A DNA stretch of 64,000 bases from Antedon mediterranea (lineage: Eukaryota; Animalia; Echinodermata). The stretch lies in NCBI RefSeq assembly GCF_964355755.1, contig NC_092680.1, positions 17,059,045 to 17,123,044 on the forward strand, read 5' to 3'. Of this stretch, positions 34,605 to 47,755 are shown piece by piece. The stretch's first letter is position 1. Each line of letters begins with the position of its first letter. Made by a program: the position numbers and the translations under genes. The notes under the pieces are model-generated. The model ran no database searches and was not told the origin of the DNA. It worked only from the letters and a program-made list of their open reading frames with translations.

Positions 34605-37600
34605 CTTAAACGCAATATAGACAAATCAAATGGCTATAAAGAAAAGCGCGCGAGGTTGAGTGTGTGCGATAATACAATGTGCTTTTACAACTTCTTACAA
34701 CTACCGATTGACAGAGGGCGCCAAACATGTAATTTCTGAAACATTCTAAAAAACATTATTTATCGTTCACACACTTTTACTGCTATAACGATCTATAATT
34801 AGCTTTGCTGAATCGCCGACGCTTATATCAGGTATTCTAAGGTGATCATGATATGATGGTCAATTCGACCAGTGCCATGCAACACCGAGTTCAAATCATT
34901 CTAGGTCATGTAAAATAGGATGTTTCGATTCGAGAAACTGTTACCAAACTTACAAAAGAAATAAACTCATATTAACAATAATGTACTTGAATTCGCTTAT
35001 GACCTACTTTGTTTTGGCGGCAGTTTCGTGGACATTAAAGAGGTGATTTATCTGTTCGTCTGCTGTGTAGCGCGTAGTAATGGACGGTGCTTTGCAATCC
35101 AATTTGATGTGTGATGTGTTTTTTTTTATAACTCTATCGCGTCTATACTCATCAGGTCTATATTACTTGTCGGCATCATTGAAGTTGAAAACTAATGATA
35201 ATTGTCAGCACAAATGGTGATGTATCATGAATGGGCGTATCTAGGAAGTGGGCTCTCAATGTTCGTGATGGGAAGGGGAAGATAATCTCTCCACGGGTCA
35301 CTAAAACATTAGTAATAATGTGCATCTTTTCGTACGACGGAGTTTCCCTTGAATAAGCAGGAATATAGATATAAAAGTTTACCAGTTCAGTTGATGTATC
35401 ACGCATGAATGCATGCCGGGTATCGATCCTTTATGCATCCAAAAAACATTTAGAATTTTGAAGCGAATGACTAATTTTCAAAATGATATAATAACTCCAA
35501 CTTTCATAACTACATTGGCATTGCGCCAGCTATAATGGCCAAGAACCAACTATAATGTAAGCAATGCCCTGTCGTGCATTAGTTTGACTTGCGTGTAACA
35601 GTCGGTAAAATTATGTTTTCGTTTTCTGTGACATATATCACATCAGACGCTGAAAACCACGCAAGCTGAACATCAGCCATGTCTGTCAAAAATACGTGAT
35701 TTGACGACAACAACAGGGGGCGTCGAATGGCTACTACTGGCTGCAAGAAGTAGCACACAGGGACCTAGATATGAAGGGGCCATGGCTAGGTGATGATGTG
35801 CACTTACAATTGCAAAGTGTTATAGCTTTACAATACCTATCCCATAGGGGGATGGCATGTAGCAGAGGCAATACGATCCAGGTAATATAGGCCTACTGGC
35901 ACATTGATCACAATTAAAGCTGCTACAAACAGTGATTCCAAACACAAATTACGTTCCTCTATCCTTCATACATAGTTCGAGCATGTGGAAACGTTGTTCT
36001 TGCCAGTGGAAACGTAATGACGCACGGCACACAATGCCAGTTTTGACCAACTACAAGCGATGGATCATCCTAGTGTGCGCATTGCAATTGGTCAAATCAA
36101 TTACGTTGCGCGTACGTACATCGAAAATACGTTACATGTACGAAAGCAGAAACATACTGAATGAATTTGTAAAAATCAAAATATTATTATAGAGAGAGAA
36201 TTTCTTTAATTAATAAAATAATTTTAAAACAATAACTATCTTTGACACCTCGATATTTTTCCTTTAATAACGTAACGTTTAATTTGAGAAGTAAAATTCG
36301 TTTCTAGGCTTACCAATTCATTGCCTTACTTAAGGCCTATAACAAATCGATCCAGCAATATATAGCAGTTTTAGAACAGGTTAGAACCTAAATAAGCCTA
36401 TATTTCCAAATATTTTAAGCTAAGGCAAAACTGACTTAGCGATGGTTGCGCAGGTCTCTGAAATCGAAGGATTTTCAAACGAAAACAATCCATGTAGATG
36501 AGAGAAATTTTCTCTTTTAAATACCAGACGAGAACAGCAGCAATATGCCTGTGTTAAATGTGCTTAAAAGCACAGGCCACGATATAATCTACTTGACTTT
36601 TCCGTTAAAATTAACACTAATTAGCGTAGATTTGTACGTGAAACTTTGAATGATACAAACAGGTGGCCTAATGTGTTATTGCGACAAATTTATGACTGTT
36701 CGTGGCATGTTCTAAAATGCATGTTAAATGCTGGTATTCGGATGGCTGAGTCGTATAGACGATAATGGATACAGTAGTTAGTATTTTTATTCCATGTTTA
36801 TGATAATGTGTGAATCAAATATAGGCCTGTTACTCGGTTTAGTTACAAATTGTTCAATATGCTCACATATAGAAAACTGTATAGGCCTACTATGGTAGTT
36901 GTGAATATTATTATCTTCTCATTCAGTCGTAATATTACAAGTTTTTCGGGATAAATAGAAGGCGAGAAAATTTAAACCCTCGTGTAATGATAACGCACCC
37001 CGATTTGTTTTCAAAAGATGGTAGTTTTAGACTTAATAAAACACCTTTTCTTTGGTTGTTAACAATTTTAGTATCGAGTATTGTTTAACATTGCTAGTGT
37101 GACATTTGAAGAAACAAAACAAACGCAAGAAGAACAGTCGTATACGCTCTGATTAGTCATATAGGCCTAGTTAAATGGCAAAGTGTCACACGCAAACTGG
37201 AACAGGACAAACATTGGCTACTATAATATGCATATTGACCTTTTTCAACTGTGAAAATAAAGTTTACAGAATTAAATATTTCAATATTCATATGTAAAGG
37301 CTGCCTTTCGTAGTGGTGTAAACTACGGCAATATACATATGATGTGTACATTCTAAAGGACACGTAATCGCGTGACCGATACGCGCAAATGACGTCATAA
37401 TAATTGAAAACGTCATGTTTGTAAAAATCTAGTAGGCCATAGTCCATATGTATCCAACGCCTAGAATATGTGTAAACAGGAAAGAAACAGTGAAGTTAAT
37501 TAAAACATTCATGCGGAGGTTTGTCTAAATTAAGTTTGATATCTGTAGAGAGAGAAAAAGTATAAATCTTGAACATTAATCTGATGTGTAAAATCTACCG

Positions 37601-40600
37601 TAAACGAGAAAAGTATTACTTAAACATGTGCTAACGCCCTCTATCAGTGGATTTAAGGCTATACCATACATTCAGTTTTATTAAGATGGATCATCAAATT
37701 CGGTCCAGGTTCGAAACGGCATTTTGACTTAATATTCGTAAAAAGATCAATATTTTGGCACACATGGCGATTCATACTTCATGAGCTGAAACACCGACAC
37801 AATTCGAAACACCGACTGGAATAATAAGCATAAAAAAGGAAATAATAACAAACTTGAGGCAAGTCTACATATAAATGTAACTGGTCCTTATTTCCTTATT
37901 CACTCCTATTCATTCATTTATTCATATATACTGTTATATATTTGGCGAGTGGGCCTACAAACTATGTAGGGCGCGCCTAGTAGGCGTACACTTCAACTTC
38001 AACTGATGTTTCTGGACTGATGCTACCATTGTAAGAGGTAAACGTGAACATTCAAAATTACATTTCTTTCTAACAACCTACAATTGTTGAATATTGTTCC
38101 TCTTTTTGTCACTTTGATATTCCAATCACTAATGTGACAACTTGCCAGGCTAAAACCGAGTGCTTGCTTAACAAATTTATCTGTAACTAACTTTACCATA
38201 TTGGACAAACACACCTGATACAACTTTACATCTGATAACAATTTAAACATCAAAGCGGGTTTAGGAGTAAAGGTGTTAAGACACGATGTACTAACACTAC
38301 ATACTCACTATCAAGGATTGATAGCATTATTTTGTTTGGCACCTGGACAGAAGGTAATAACAAAAGGTCGACGTATGCTTATCGTGACCTACAGTGTGCC
38401 CCATTAGTATTGACACGCTAAATAAGTAATAACTCTACTCGCAAAAAAAACCCCAAATCAACATTCTGAAAAGGATGTACAATCGGGGACAATGAAACAA
38501 TCTCTCAAAACATATATTAAGCTTAAACAGCATGAGCTAGAAATGTACATGTGATGGGATATTAGTTCGACAACATTTTTAGGCATCACACTGATAGATC
38601 GAACAGTCGGATAAACCAGTGCCGTAATAATAGTGCTTAATAATAGCCTAGAGCTTTATATTGTCCTCTAATAGCAATATATTTACATGTAAAAATAAAA
38701 TATTGCCTTAAGTAGGTAGCTTCTGTAACAGTGAATAAGTAGTGATACTTAAGTAGGTCTTTGGTCAAACTTTGCAATTTAACTTGAATTTAAATTTGAA
38801 AAACACGTCGGTTTCTCATTAGTGATATTCACATAAAAGGGGTCAACCAAAGGACTAACTATATTATTACTTTGTTATATGAATTTCAAAATTGTATCAA
38901 TTACTTCAAACGACACTTTCATGGAATGTAAACCCAATTTATGGTGGTTCAGTCCTCCACAGATAATTGGCGGAAAGAGAAAACATCTGCGTGTGACGAA
39001 AAGGCAAAGTGACGGCTTAGGTTGATTTATCGCAGCTAGGCCTATTACATTCGCTCACAGAGTACGCTGTTCACACCTAGCGGGAACATCACTACAATCT
39101 GACAAAGAACAGGCCGGTGATATTGTGACACACGCAATCAGTTTGTTTTGACAGCAAAAGCACATCAACCGAGAAATGTCTTGATATATTTAGGACATAG
39201 GGTACTGAAAAAGGGATTGCAATTTCACGCATCAATTGCTCCGCTTCAACTTTTGCGTTTTCACTGTTTTAACTTTTGCAATCCAACCGTATACCCTTTA
39301 CAACAGGCCTACATAGGCCTACTAACCAACCTGGGTGAAATTCAACACAAACACATGTAGGTGAAGGGGCCGGGGTCGGTAAACTAAATGGCATGGGGGC
39401 AACACCATAATACGCTTCTATTATCCGATACCAGACATACTGTTACGGTTAAAAAGTGTCATCATATTCATGCATCCAGAATTGTTTCTGAGCCAATATT
39501 CCCTGCTGTATCTTTCACTATTATTGCAAAAACATCTTTATTTGGAAATTTAGAGCCGCATTCGTTCAATTTAGCGGAAAAACACTCCAAAAGTAATGTT
39601 TTTATTAATAGAAAATTTGTCCCAGATGAGTCATGAATAAATGCAGACAAATGACAGAAGACAAATCCAATACTAGAGTACTTTAGACTCTTATCGTCCT
39701 AAACTTAGTATTATTCTATGAAAGCGATTCGATTGCAGATGATCATCCAGCAGGCGATTTTTTTTTTCATTTAGGCGATATTTAAGGCCTGGCAGATGCA
39801 TTATAGGCCTAACTATAGGGAGGCATACATGGCTTTTCTCAAATGCAATATTTGGAACATTCATTTGGCTGAAATTGCTGATGGCTCACAGAAACTAGTC
39901 GTGATCGCGTGGCGTTATATTAGTCGAATTACTTGCGATGCGCTTATGATGCTTATAAAGCTTTGCAAGAGCATTTTTACAATTTTCGAATAATGGGTTA
40001 TTATTAATCTTTTTTTATTTATTTTATGATAAACAAAAACCTTCAAACCCGGAGACACTTTAAGCATGTTTTCATGTTTAACGTTGTTAATCAATTACAT
40101 CAGACGATTATGTTTAACTTGAAATGATCCACCACGCCGTTTCAAACTCAGGATACAATTTCCTTGATTCAAATGTGGATTCTAGTAATCAGTGCCGTGC
40201 ATAAACAACAGCATAAATCGGAACGTCTAGGCCTACTTGCTGGTTTTATTGTTTCAAATCATGAGCAAAGAATATGACCAAACACCGGTAGGCCTGCTAC
40301 TGAAGTGATTGGTCTTTTTGCAGGAACATAGAGGCCTACAAAACGAGGTTATATTAATTACCTACATAGATAAAGAATGTTTCAATTATCGACAAGAAGT
40401 GTTTTGACAAATTTGTTTACAAGATTCTTTTTTGACAACAATTTATGATTGTGCGCTAAAAGTGTCGATTTCAAGATTACAGGCAATAATCCATTAGAAT
40501 ATCGATATTGCAGAATGTTTTCGTACAAAATGCATGAATGTATTACTGTGCCTACGACGGTTATTTCAAATTTCAACGAGTGCTATTATAAAATCAAAAT

Positions 40601-43270
40601 CATCACTGGACTTTACGATATGATCGTCCTTGGATGTGTTGTTAAGAAGAGCAAACATTATTATCTCTGGGAATTGCTGAATAATTGCGCGATAATCGTA
40701 GGCTTAGCGCCTGTCGCAATTACCAAGGCAACTGTATACGGGAAGACGGTAGATCTAGCGTTGCCAACCATTACGCCTGATAATCATCGACGTAATCCAA
40801 CGTGTTGGCCTACTACTATGATCGGTAAACTATACGCGAAGGTCTAAATAATTTTGTATACAGATCAGCAATACCTTGCGGCAGCACGTAAGGCATAAAC
40901 CCACCTATGTTAAGCCATTCATCACACCTTACTTCACGCGAGAGACGAGACTTAGGCCTATACATAACGATTACTTACACGTATTACGGATAGCCACGTT
41001 GTCATTGTCACATACTGATCGGTGTGTTTCGATACGTGTTGACTACACTTAAATACGTGTTAAGAACACTTAAACTTGACACTTCACTATCTGTCAATGG
41101 GGTTTTGTTTCAAACTCATCCATCCAAAGCTTACTCAGCCTCCGGAAACATTACTTAACATGATTACAACATAATGATAGGTGATACATAATTCCCCGGA
41201 AATAATGCCAATCTGAAAAATTACGTTCAAACGATACAATTTCCGGTACTCGAGATAGTGATTAATGCCTTTTCCAGAACAGCTCATCTTTTTAAATACT
41301 GAAGCACATTACACGTGGGTTTACATTAAAGTCCATCATCATCTGTATAGACCATTATTTTCCTTATGAGACAACATTAAACCCAATAGGCCTCCTACCG
41401 AAATGTATATGCCAAGACAAAGTATGAACAACTTCATCCACACAAATAACAATAATAATAATAATAATGATAATGAAGCCTACTCCTAAATTTCACGATA
41501 GGCTGATGTAGGAGGCCCGGACCGTAGGCCTACAATACAATTTACGATTGATTTTAAGGCCACTCATTTTTTTTCGCTGCATATAAATTCGATTTTAGAA
41601 AATTATAATGTCATTACATACATCAGCAATTTGAAGGTAACGGTACGATGTTATACTAAATGTATGTAGGAGGCATATTAAATAAATACCGTACAACGTT
41701 AATATAGCCTATGTAAAAAATGTATGTGGTGCTATACCAGTAAGTCTATTAAACCTGTTTTAAAGGTTACCCATGTATAGAACTAGACTAGATTTCATTC
41801 GCAATGTAAACTTGCCTTAACTTTAATTCAAAAGACATATCTATTATGTAAAAATATCTCAACCAACCTTTATTATTTCTGGTTTCAATATCGTAATCAG
41901 TTTTTATATGCCGGATATTGAATAATTTTGAAGCTGTTAAAATGGGCGGAAATCTCCTCTCTGACTAGTTTCTTACATTGTTACATGTGAAACACAGACA
42001 ATAGCAAACTCGGCTCAGAGGGCCACCCGCTTCCCTCTTAGTCTCCTAAGATTCAAACCCTTGACAAAAACAATGACTATGAACAATTTGTAGCCATTTG
42101 TTGTGCAACTGCCAAACTGGTGGTGAAGCTGATGTCCAAATAGGCTAAGTCGACAATCTTAATTTCCACTCGTCCATTGCAAGATTGTATCGGTACCATT
42201 CCATAAAAAACCTGGACAGACAACAATGCTGACGCACCCTAAAAAACACATAAACTAGGCCTACAAACTCTCACAATACATCAAATGAAGCTTAACTATC
42301 TACGTTTGCACGGTATACATTTTACGATTGTTTTTAAGGCCATTCATTTTAAGAGGTAGTTGACATTTTGATGCACATAAATTCGCTTCTGGAAAATTAT
42401 CTCTCGAGTTGCTAACACGTATGACAAGTGACCTAATTTTCCATAACAACATCACTGATTGTTAACGTTAAATGTTATATAATCTTGCAATAAATATTGA
42501 AACTACCAGTATACTATTTGTAATATTTTTTGAGAATGCAGTTGACAGCCTACAATAGGCCTACACATAATTATAGCAAGAGGCAACATTAGTGTTTTTA
42601 TACAACCATTCGTTAAATATATTGACGTAAAACTGAAACAGTTCACTATATTGAAATATTATAATAAAGAAGGTTGATTGAAGTATGTACTGTAGTAGGC
42701 CTAGTACATGACAGTATACGGCACTGATAAAAGATTTCAAGCCCTAGAAATTAGATTCATTTGATTTCAAGTTCTTAATTAAACAACTTTTAAAACGTGT
42801 GCGTTCCTAGTGAAACCATAAGGAGAGTTGCAGGACTTAACCTAGATCATGAAGAACGGCAAGATGCCTAAAATTAGATCGATCTAAAACCGGATGAATG
42901 TGTTTAACCTGGCTTCGGACACGATTCGGATCATACTCAGATTAGCGTGGTTTCCCGTGGGATCAATACCACCGCAGTTTCACAAGGGTTAGGCTAAGCT
43001 TAATGATTTCAAGATTTTATGAACATGTTTTGGTAAAATTCTTGAGATTTAGTGTCTAATATGTTATTGGTCATTTGGGAGAAACATAATTAAGCAACCG
43101 GTAAGAAAACAGGTATTTCAGAGATGGGGATTAGCGAAAGGAGGCAAGGAAACAAAATGGTTTATGACCGATTTCCGGTTAATATTAGAATCATGGATGA
43201 ATATTATTAATTCCTCAATGACTATATCCCCCGGGTTAACGTCATCAAGTGGATATAACGTTTCCTGTAC

Positions 43271-43282
43271 CATGGGTCCATG
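43271..43282. mobile_element. P-element-type footprint (CATGG family)
   Basis: CCTGTAC-CATGGGTCCATG-CCTGTAC. Confidence 0.6.
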
Positions 43283-45652
43283 CCTGTACCACGATAGACA
43301 CGGTACATGCGGAGATACACGGGCCTAATACCGTACGATATGTACCTCAACACAATGTAAAGGCTTAATAGCTGAGTATTTTATTAAAAATGTATTTTAT
43401 GTAGTTTATCAATGTATTTAAAATAGTAATTGAGTGTTTTAATACAATATTTTGCATTTTTCTTATATTTAAATATTTGAGAATTTAATATAGGCCTATA
43501 TTATAAATGTAGACAACCTATTAATTTGAAACACTGTACATACTATGAACAAAGTGTGAACGGAGCCTAAAACAAACATCTTAAGAGTGAACACAACCTA
43601 TATAAATACTCAATGGAAAAGGAACGTGTCATAAACAAAGATAAGAAAATACTTGAAAGATAAATATACCTGATTTCCATGACACTATTGACAGCAGTAT
43701 ATGAAAACACTTATAGCGCCAGCGTAAGTTTAAAATATCCAAGTATAAGAGACGGACTACAACCAACACGTCGTAAGGTATGATCCAAAGTGAGGTACTC
43801 AAAAAAATAAGTACACTAAAGAAGATAAGAACAGGTAAGTTATTTTATCCAGGTAATTCCAAGTACCTCGATCGGTGGTAACTACAACTGGTAAGTATTT
43901 GTATATGCTCATTATGTTAACTTAAGCGGCAAGTGGGCAGTGTCACTGCCTGCCTATTAGAATGTGCAAATACTCATCGTCTGCTAGTCACGTTGGTTCT
44001 TGAGTACACATAGCCTGATCCATTAATTCTATAGGGGTAGCACATCGACCAATTAGTAGACGTATTATTGTTCGACAGTGTTGTCGGTTACTTTAAATAT
44101 TATATAATATCATACATCGTTATATAATGAAATGAACATTCTAACAACCTAAAAATGTTCAATTTTTTTAAACATAATTTTAACTACACTTTTATATTTG
44201 ATGTGTTTGGCATGTTTTATTGTTTACAAACGTTGTTTCTTTTGTTATGCCTTTTAAAAAAAACCTACGAAAATTAAACAAATTGAACCGCTCCTTTAGG
44301 AAACCCCTAATATATTCCTTAAATTGAAATATAAAATGGAACGCGAGACCCATTAAATTGAATTGCCTTAAAATTAAATGTTAAACATTTAATTCGTCTT
44401 TGTTTTCTTTTGTTAATATGCAGAAATAAATTTTTTCATTTTAATACGAATACGAAAAGTATACCACTCATCAATATAATCATAGATATATATGAGGTAA
44501 AAATAAAAAGGATACGGTGGAATAAATACGACACTCTAACATTATACTTTAAAATATACTTTATCATTATGTACTGTACAATATACTGTCGCTTTTGGTT
44601 TTATATTAGTAATAATAAAACAGATTCAATTTCGAGACATGTATAAACATAATTATAAGGTAACGTGGTTTCAAAACGTATTATTGGAAATTTCCCCCTA
44701 CTTAAAATGGACTCGACCGTGTGACAATTTGAATTAAACATGAAGTTATCAAGAGTGGACACGATACGAGATGACAACGTTCTCGTGCTCTGTCACTCGA
44801 GAGAGCACAATTGTCGAATGAAAGTCAACGCCTAATAATAGCCAGGGGTAACAAACGGTGCCTTACCTCCTGTAAAAAATATGCCATGAAATTCGTAACG
44901 AAACATTAACACAAATACCAGCCAGAAAAGCAATGACATGACAGGATGGATTGAAGCATTTAAGAATATTGGTCGCTGACTCATTTTAAGCACAAAATAC
45001 CAATCAGGTCTAAATACAGTACTGCCACCAAAGGTAACGAACAAGACTCCTGACAATCTAGACATACAATAATGTAGGTCTATTGTATTTTTCTCTCGCA
45101 GTCAATGTGATTTGCAAGAACGCGCGGCACGTTAAGTTGCCAATCACAGATTGCGCTTAGCATTACCATTTTTTAAGAACACATACGCATGTACGTAGAA
45201 AGCTTATGTCCTAACTACGAAATTAGTTGAATATTTGAAAAAAAAATCGACTATGGTATCTAGGCCTACTAAACGCACTACATTTTATATTGTACAATGT
45301 TATCACAAAACGTTGACAGACAAAACGTTCATCAATATTTCGGCGCGCGCGTAAAATTAGTCATACATGATGACTGTGGTAACCGCGGATTTACATGGCA
45401 CATAACAGGTTCTTAACAGTTTAGAGAAACACACAGCTTTGCACGTAAGACCTATTCTTAATAATCCATACCAAATCGTGTATGAATTTCCCGTAAGTCA
45501 TTAAAACGACCTGGTAGTAATTAAAGTTGTTGTTTTGGATAGGGCAAGATCGAGCCCTAAGCCACCTTCGATCGAACGTGATTCTCGGGACATTTTATGG
45601 ACTTAGCCCAAGGTATCTAAACACAAATTATAAGCCTAGATTCTTGCACTAA

Positions 45653-46482
45653 AGCCCCTTTCTCACAGAGCTGAGTGCCAGGAATATTGCGGGAATATAC
45701 CATTACCATGCCGGTATGGTTTTCTGTGAGAACGGGTCGTCTTGGCATCATGCCGGCACCATGCCGGCATCGACATGACCTGCTTTAGACCTAGTAATAT
45801 TCTAGGGATATTCCCCGCAATGCCAGACGGGCATTCTGTGAGAACGTAACGTCGTTATATTCCGGGGTTCCCTGTCGAGGCTTCAGACACCTTGCGCGGT
45901 CAAGTGTATCACTTTGGCGCCGATTCAATTCAATTAACAATAATAATGTCAAACTGGAGGGATAATGAGATAAGAGAGCTGCTTAAAATAAGGGGACAAG
46001 AAGAAATTTGTAGCATAATCTATAGCAGGCCTGGGCCATATAGGCCTAGCTAGCTCTTTGTTGGTGCCTAACTAGCCTGACCCTTCGTCGCCTTGTAAAT
46101 TGTACAGCCTCCTAAGGTGTTTTACAGATTGCCGATGACGGCTAATTAATTGCTGTACCTGTATAATATATGCACAATATACTGTACATAGCATGTATTG
46201 CATAAATATGCTATAAAGGAAGATAATAATCTGTAACCTAACATTCGCCGCCATATATCCCTAGACAAAAACAATAACAATAAAGGACGCCCTCAATAAT
46301 TATTTTGTCAGAGACTTTTTATTGGCCGAATATGCCCGACTCCTTTCTCACAGAAAGCCGGTATATACCGGTTATATTTCCGGCACGATAGTCCGATGAG
46401 AATGGGTATATGCCGGTAACGATACCGGCACGACGCCAGCACTGTACCGGTATATTGCAGACACATCTGTGAGAAAGGGGCT
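45653..46482. mobile_element. Internally deleted PIF/Harbinger DNA transposon, 830 bp
   Basis: TIR AGCCCCTTTCTCACAGA with a TAA TSD on both sides and subterminal TGCCGGY repeats. A plus-strand ATG at 45946 gives MSNWRDNEIRELLKIRGQEEI (start of a Myb/SANT-like domain), and a convergent ATG lies at 46254. Confidence 0.82.
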
Positions 46483-47098
46483 TAAGTGAAAGTAAATTGT
46501 CTCTCTATTAAAAAAGAAGCGTCTGAGCGACAGTTGCATTTATAATTTACTGGAATACATTTTTATAACAAGGGTTATGCTGTGTAATTAGCAATCATAA
46601 TTTAGTTTTATTTGAAGTGACCGATGGTCGTTTATGGCGTAATCGCTCTTTGGTTACCACTTATCCCTTGCATTATCAGATCATAATTAATACACAGGTA
46701 AAAATATTATTTTGAAACAATTGGAATATTCTTAATATGAGTAATAATTAAATGTTGAATCTTCTTCTCATTTTTAAAATAGTTGTTCAGTCTTTTGTTT
46801 TCTATTATGCGAGTTCACCCAGCTTTATTCCTGTTTGTGTCGGTTTTACGTTTTTTATATCACGTTGTAAAGCTCTTATTATCCCAATAATTTTACCAAG
46901 TGTGATGTACTTGTCCAAATATGGTAGTGATATTTGATAGTGTAGACAGAGCTTTAATCATTTAAAAAGAGAATATCTACCGGTAAGCCTACACAGTTAT
47001 TATACGAATACAAAAATTAAAAAAGAAATATTAAAACCGAATAGAATAATTATACAGAATTTGTACATAATTGTATATAATTTATATAATAATATTGG

Positions 47099-47755
47099 TT
47101 TTAGGCATAATTAAGTTTCGTACTAAGTAGGCCTGGCGGCTCCAATATTCACCAATCACAATTTCACTTAACTCAATACATATTTAAGTATTTTTTATTT
47201 CCTTGGTCTAAGTGTGAATGGTGAATACGGCCAGTGGCCTAGAATTGACATTTTCAGGTACAATTAAAGCTATTTCGCATTTAAAGTTACCGTATTCCAG
47301 ACGGTATGGTACCGGTGAATTGGATTAGCAGTCACTATATGTTACTACTGAAATTAAAACGCAAAATTAATTATACAATTGCAGTTAAATACAGTGTTTA
47401 ATTTTTTTAAATCGTCTATAAATATACGATTCAACATAATTTGTGTACAGAATTATTTATTTTCTTAAAAACTAGACATTAAAACGGTAATTGAATCGTT
47501 TTAGGCATAATTAGGTTTCGTCCTTTATAAAATAGGCCTGGCCTAGAAATGACATTTTCAGGTACAATTAAAGCCATTTCTCATTTACAGTTGCATTTAA
47601 AGGTACCGTAAACCAGACGGTATGGTACCGGTGAATTGGATTAGCAGTCACTATAATGTTAACTATTGAAATTAAAACGTAAAATTAACTATAAAATTGC
47701 AGTTAAATACAGTGTTTAATTTTTTTTTTTTAATCGTCTATAAATATACGATTCA
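47099..47755. repeat. Local imperfect tandem duplication (47099-47433 / 47499-47755)
   Basis: Shared TTTTAGGCATAATTA...CCAGACGGTATGGTACCGGTGAATTGGATTAGCAGTCAC...AAATATACGATTCA, with an ~85-bp indel between copies. Confidence 0.85.
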
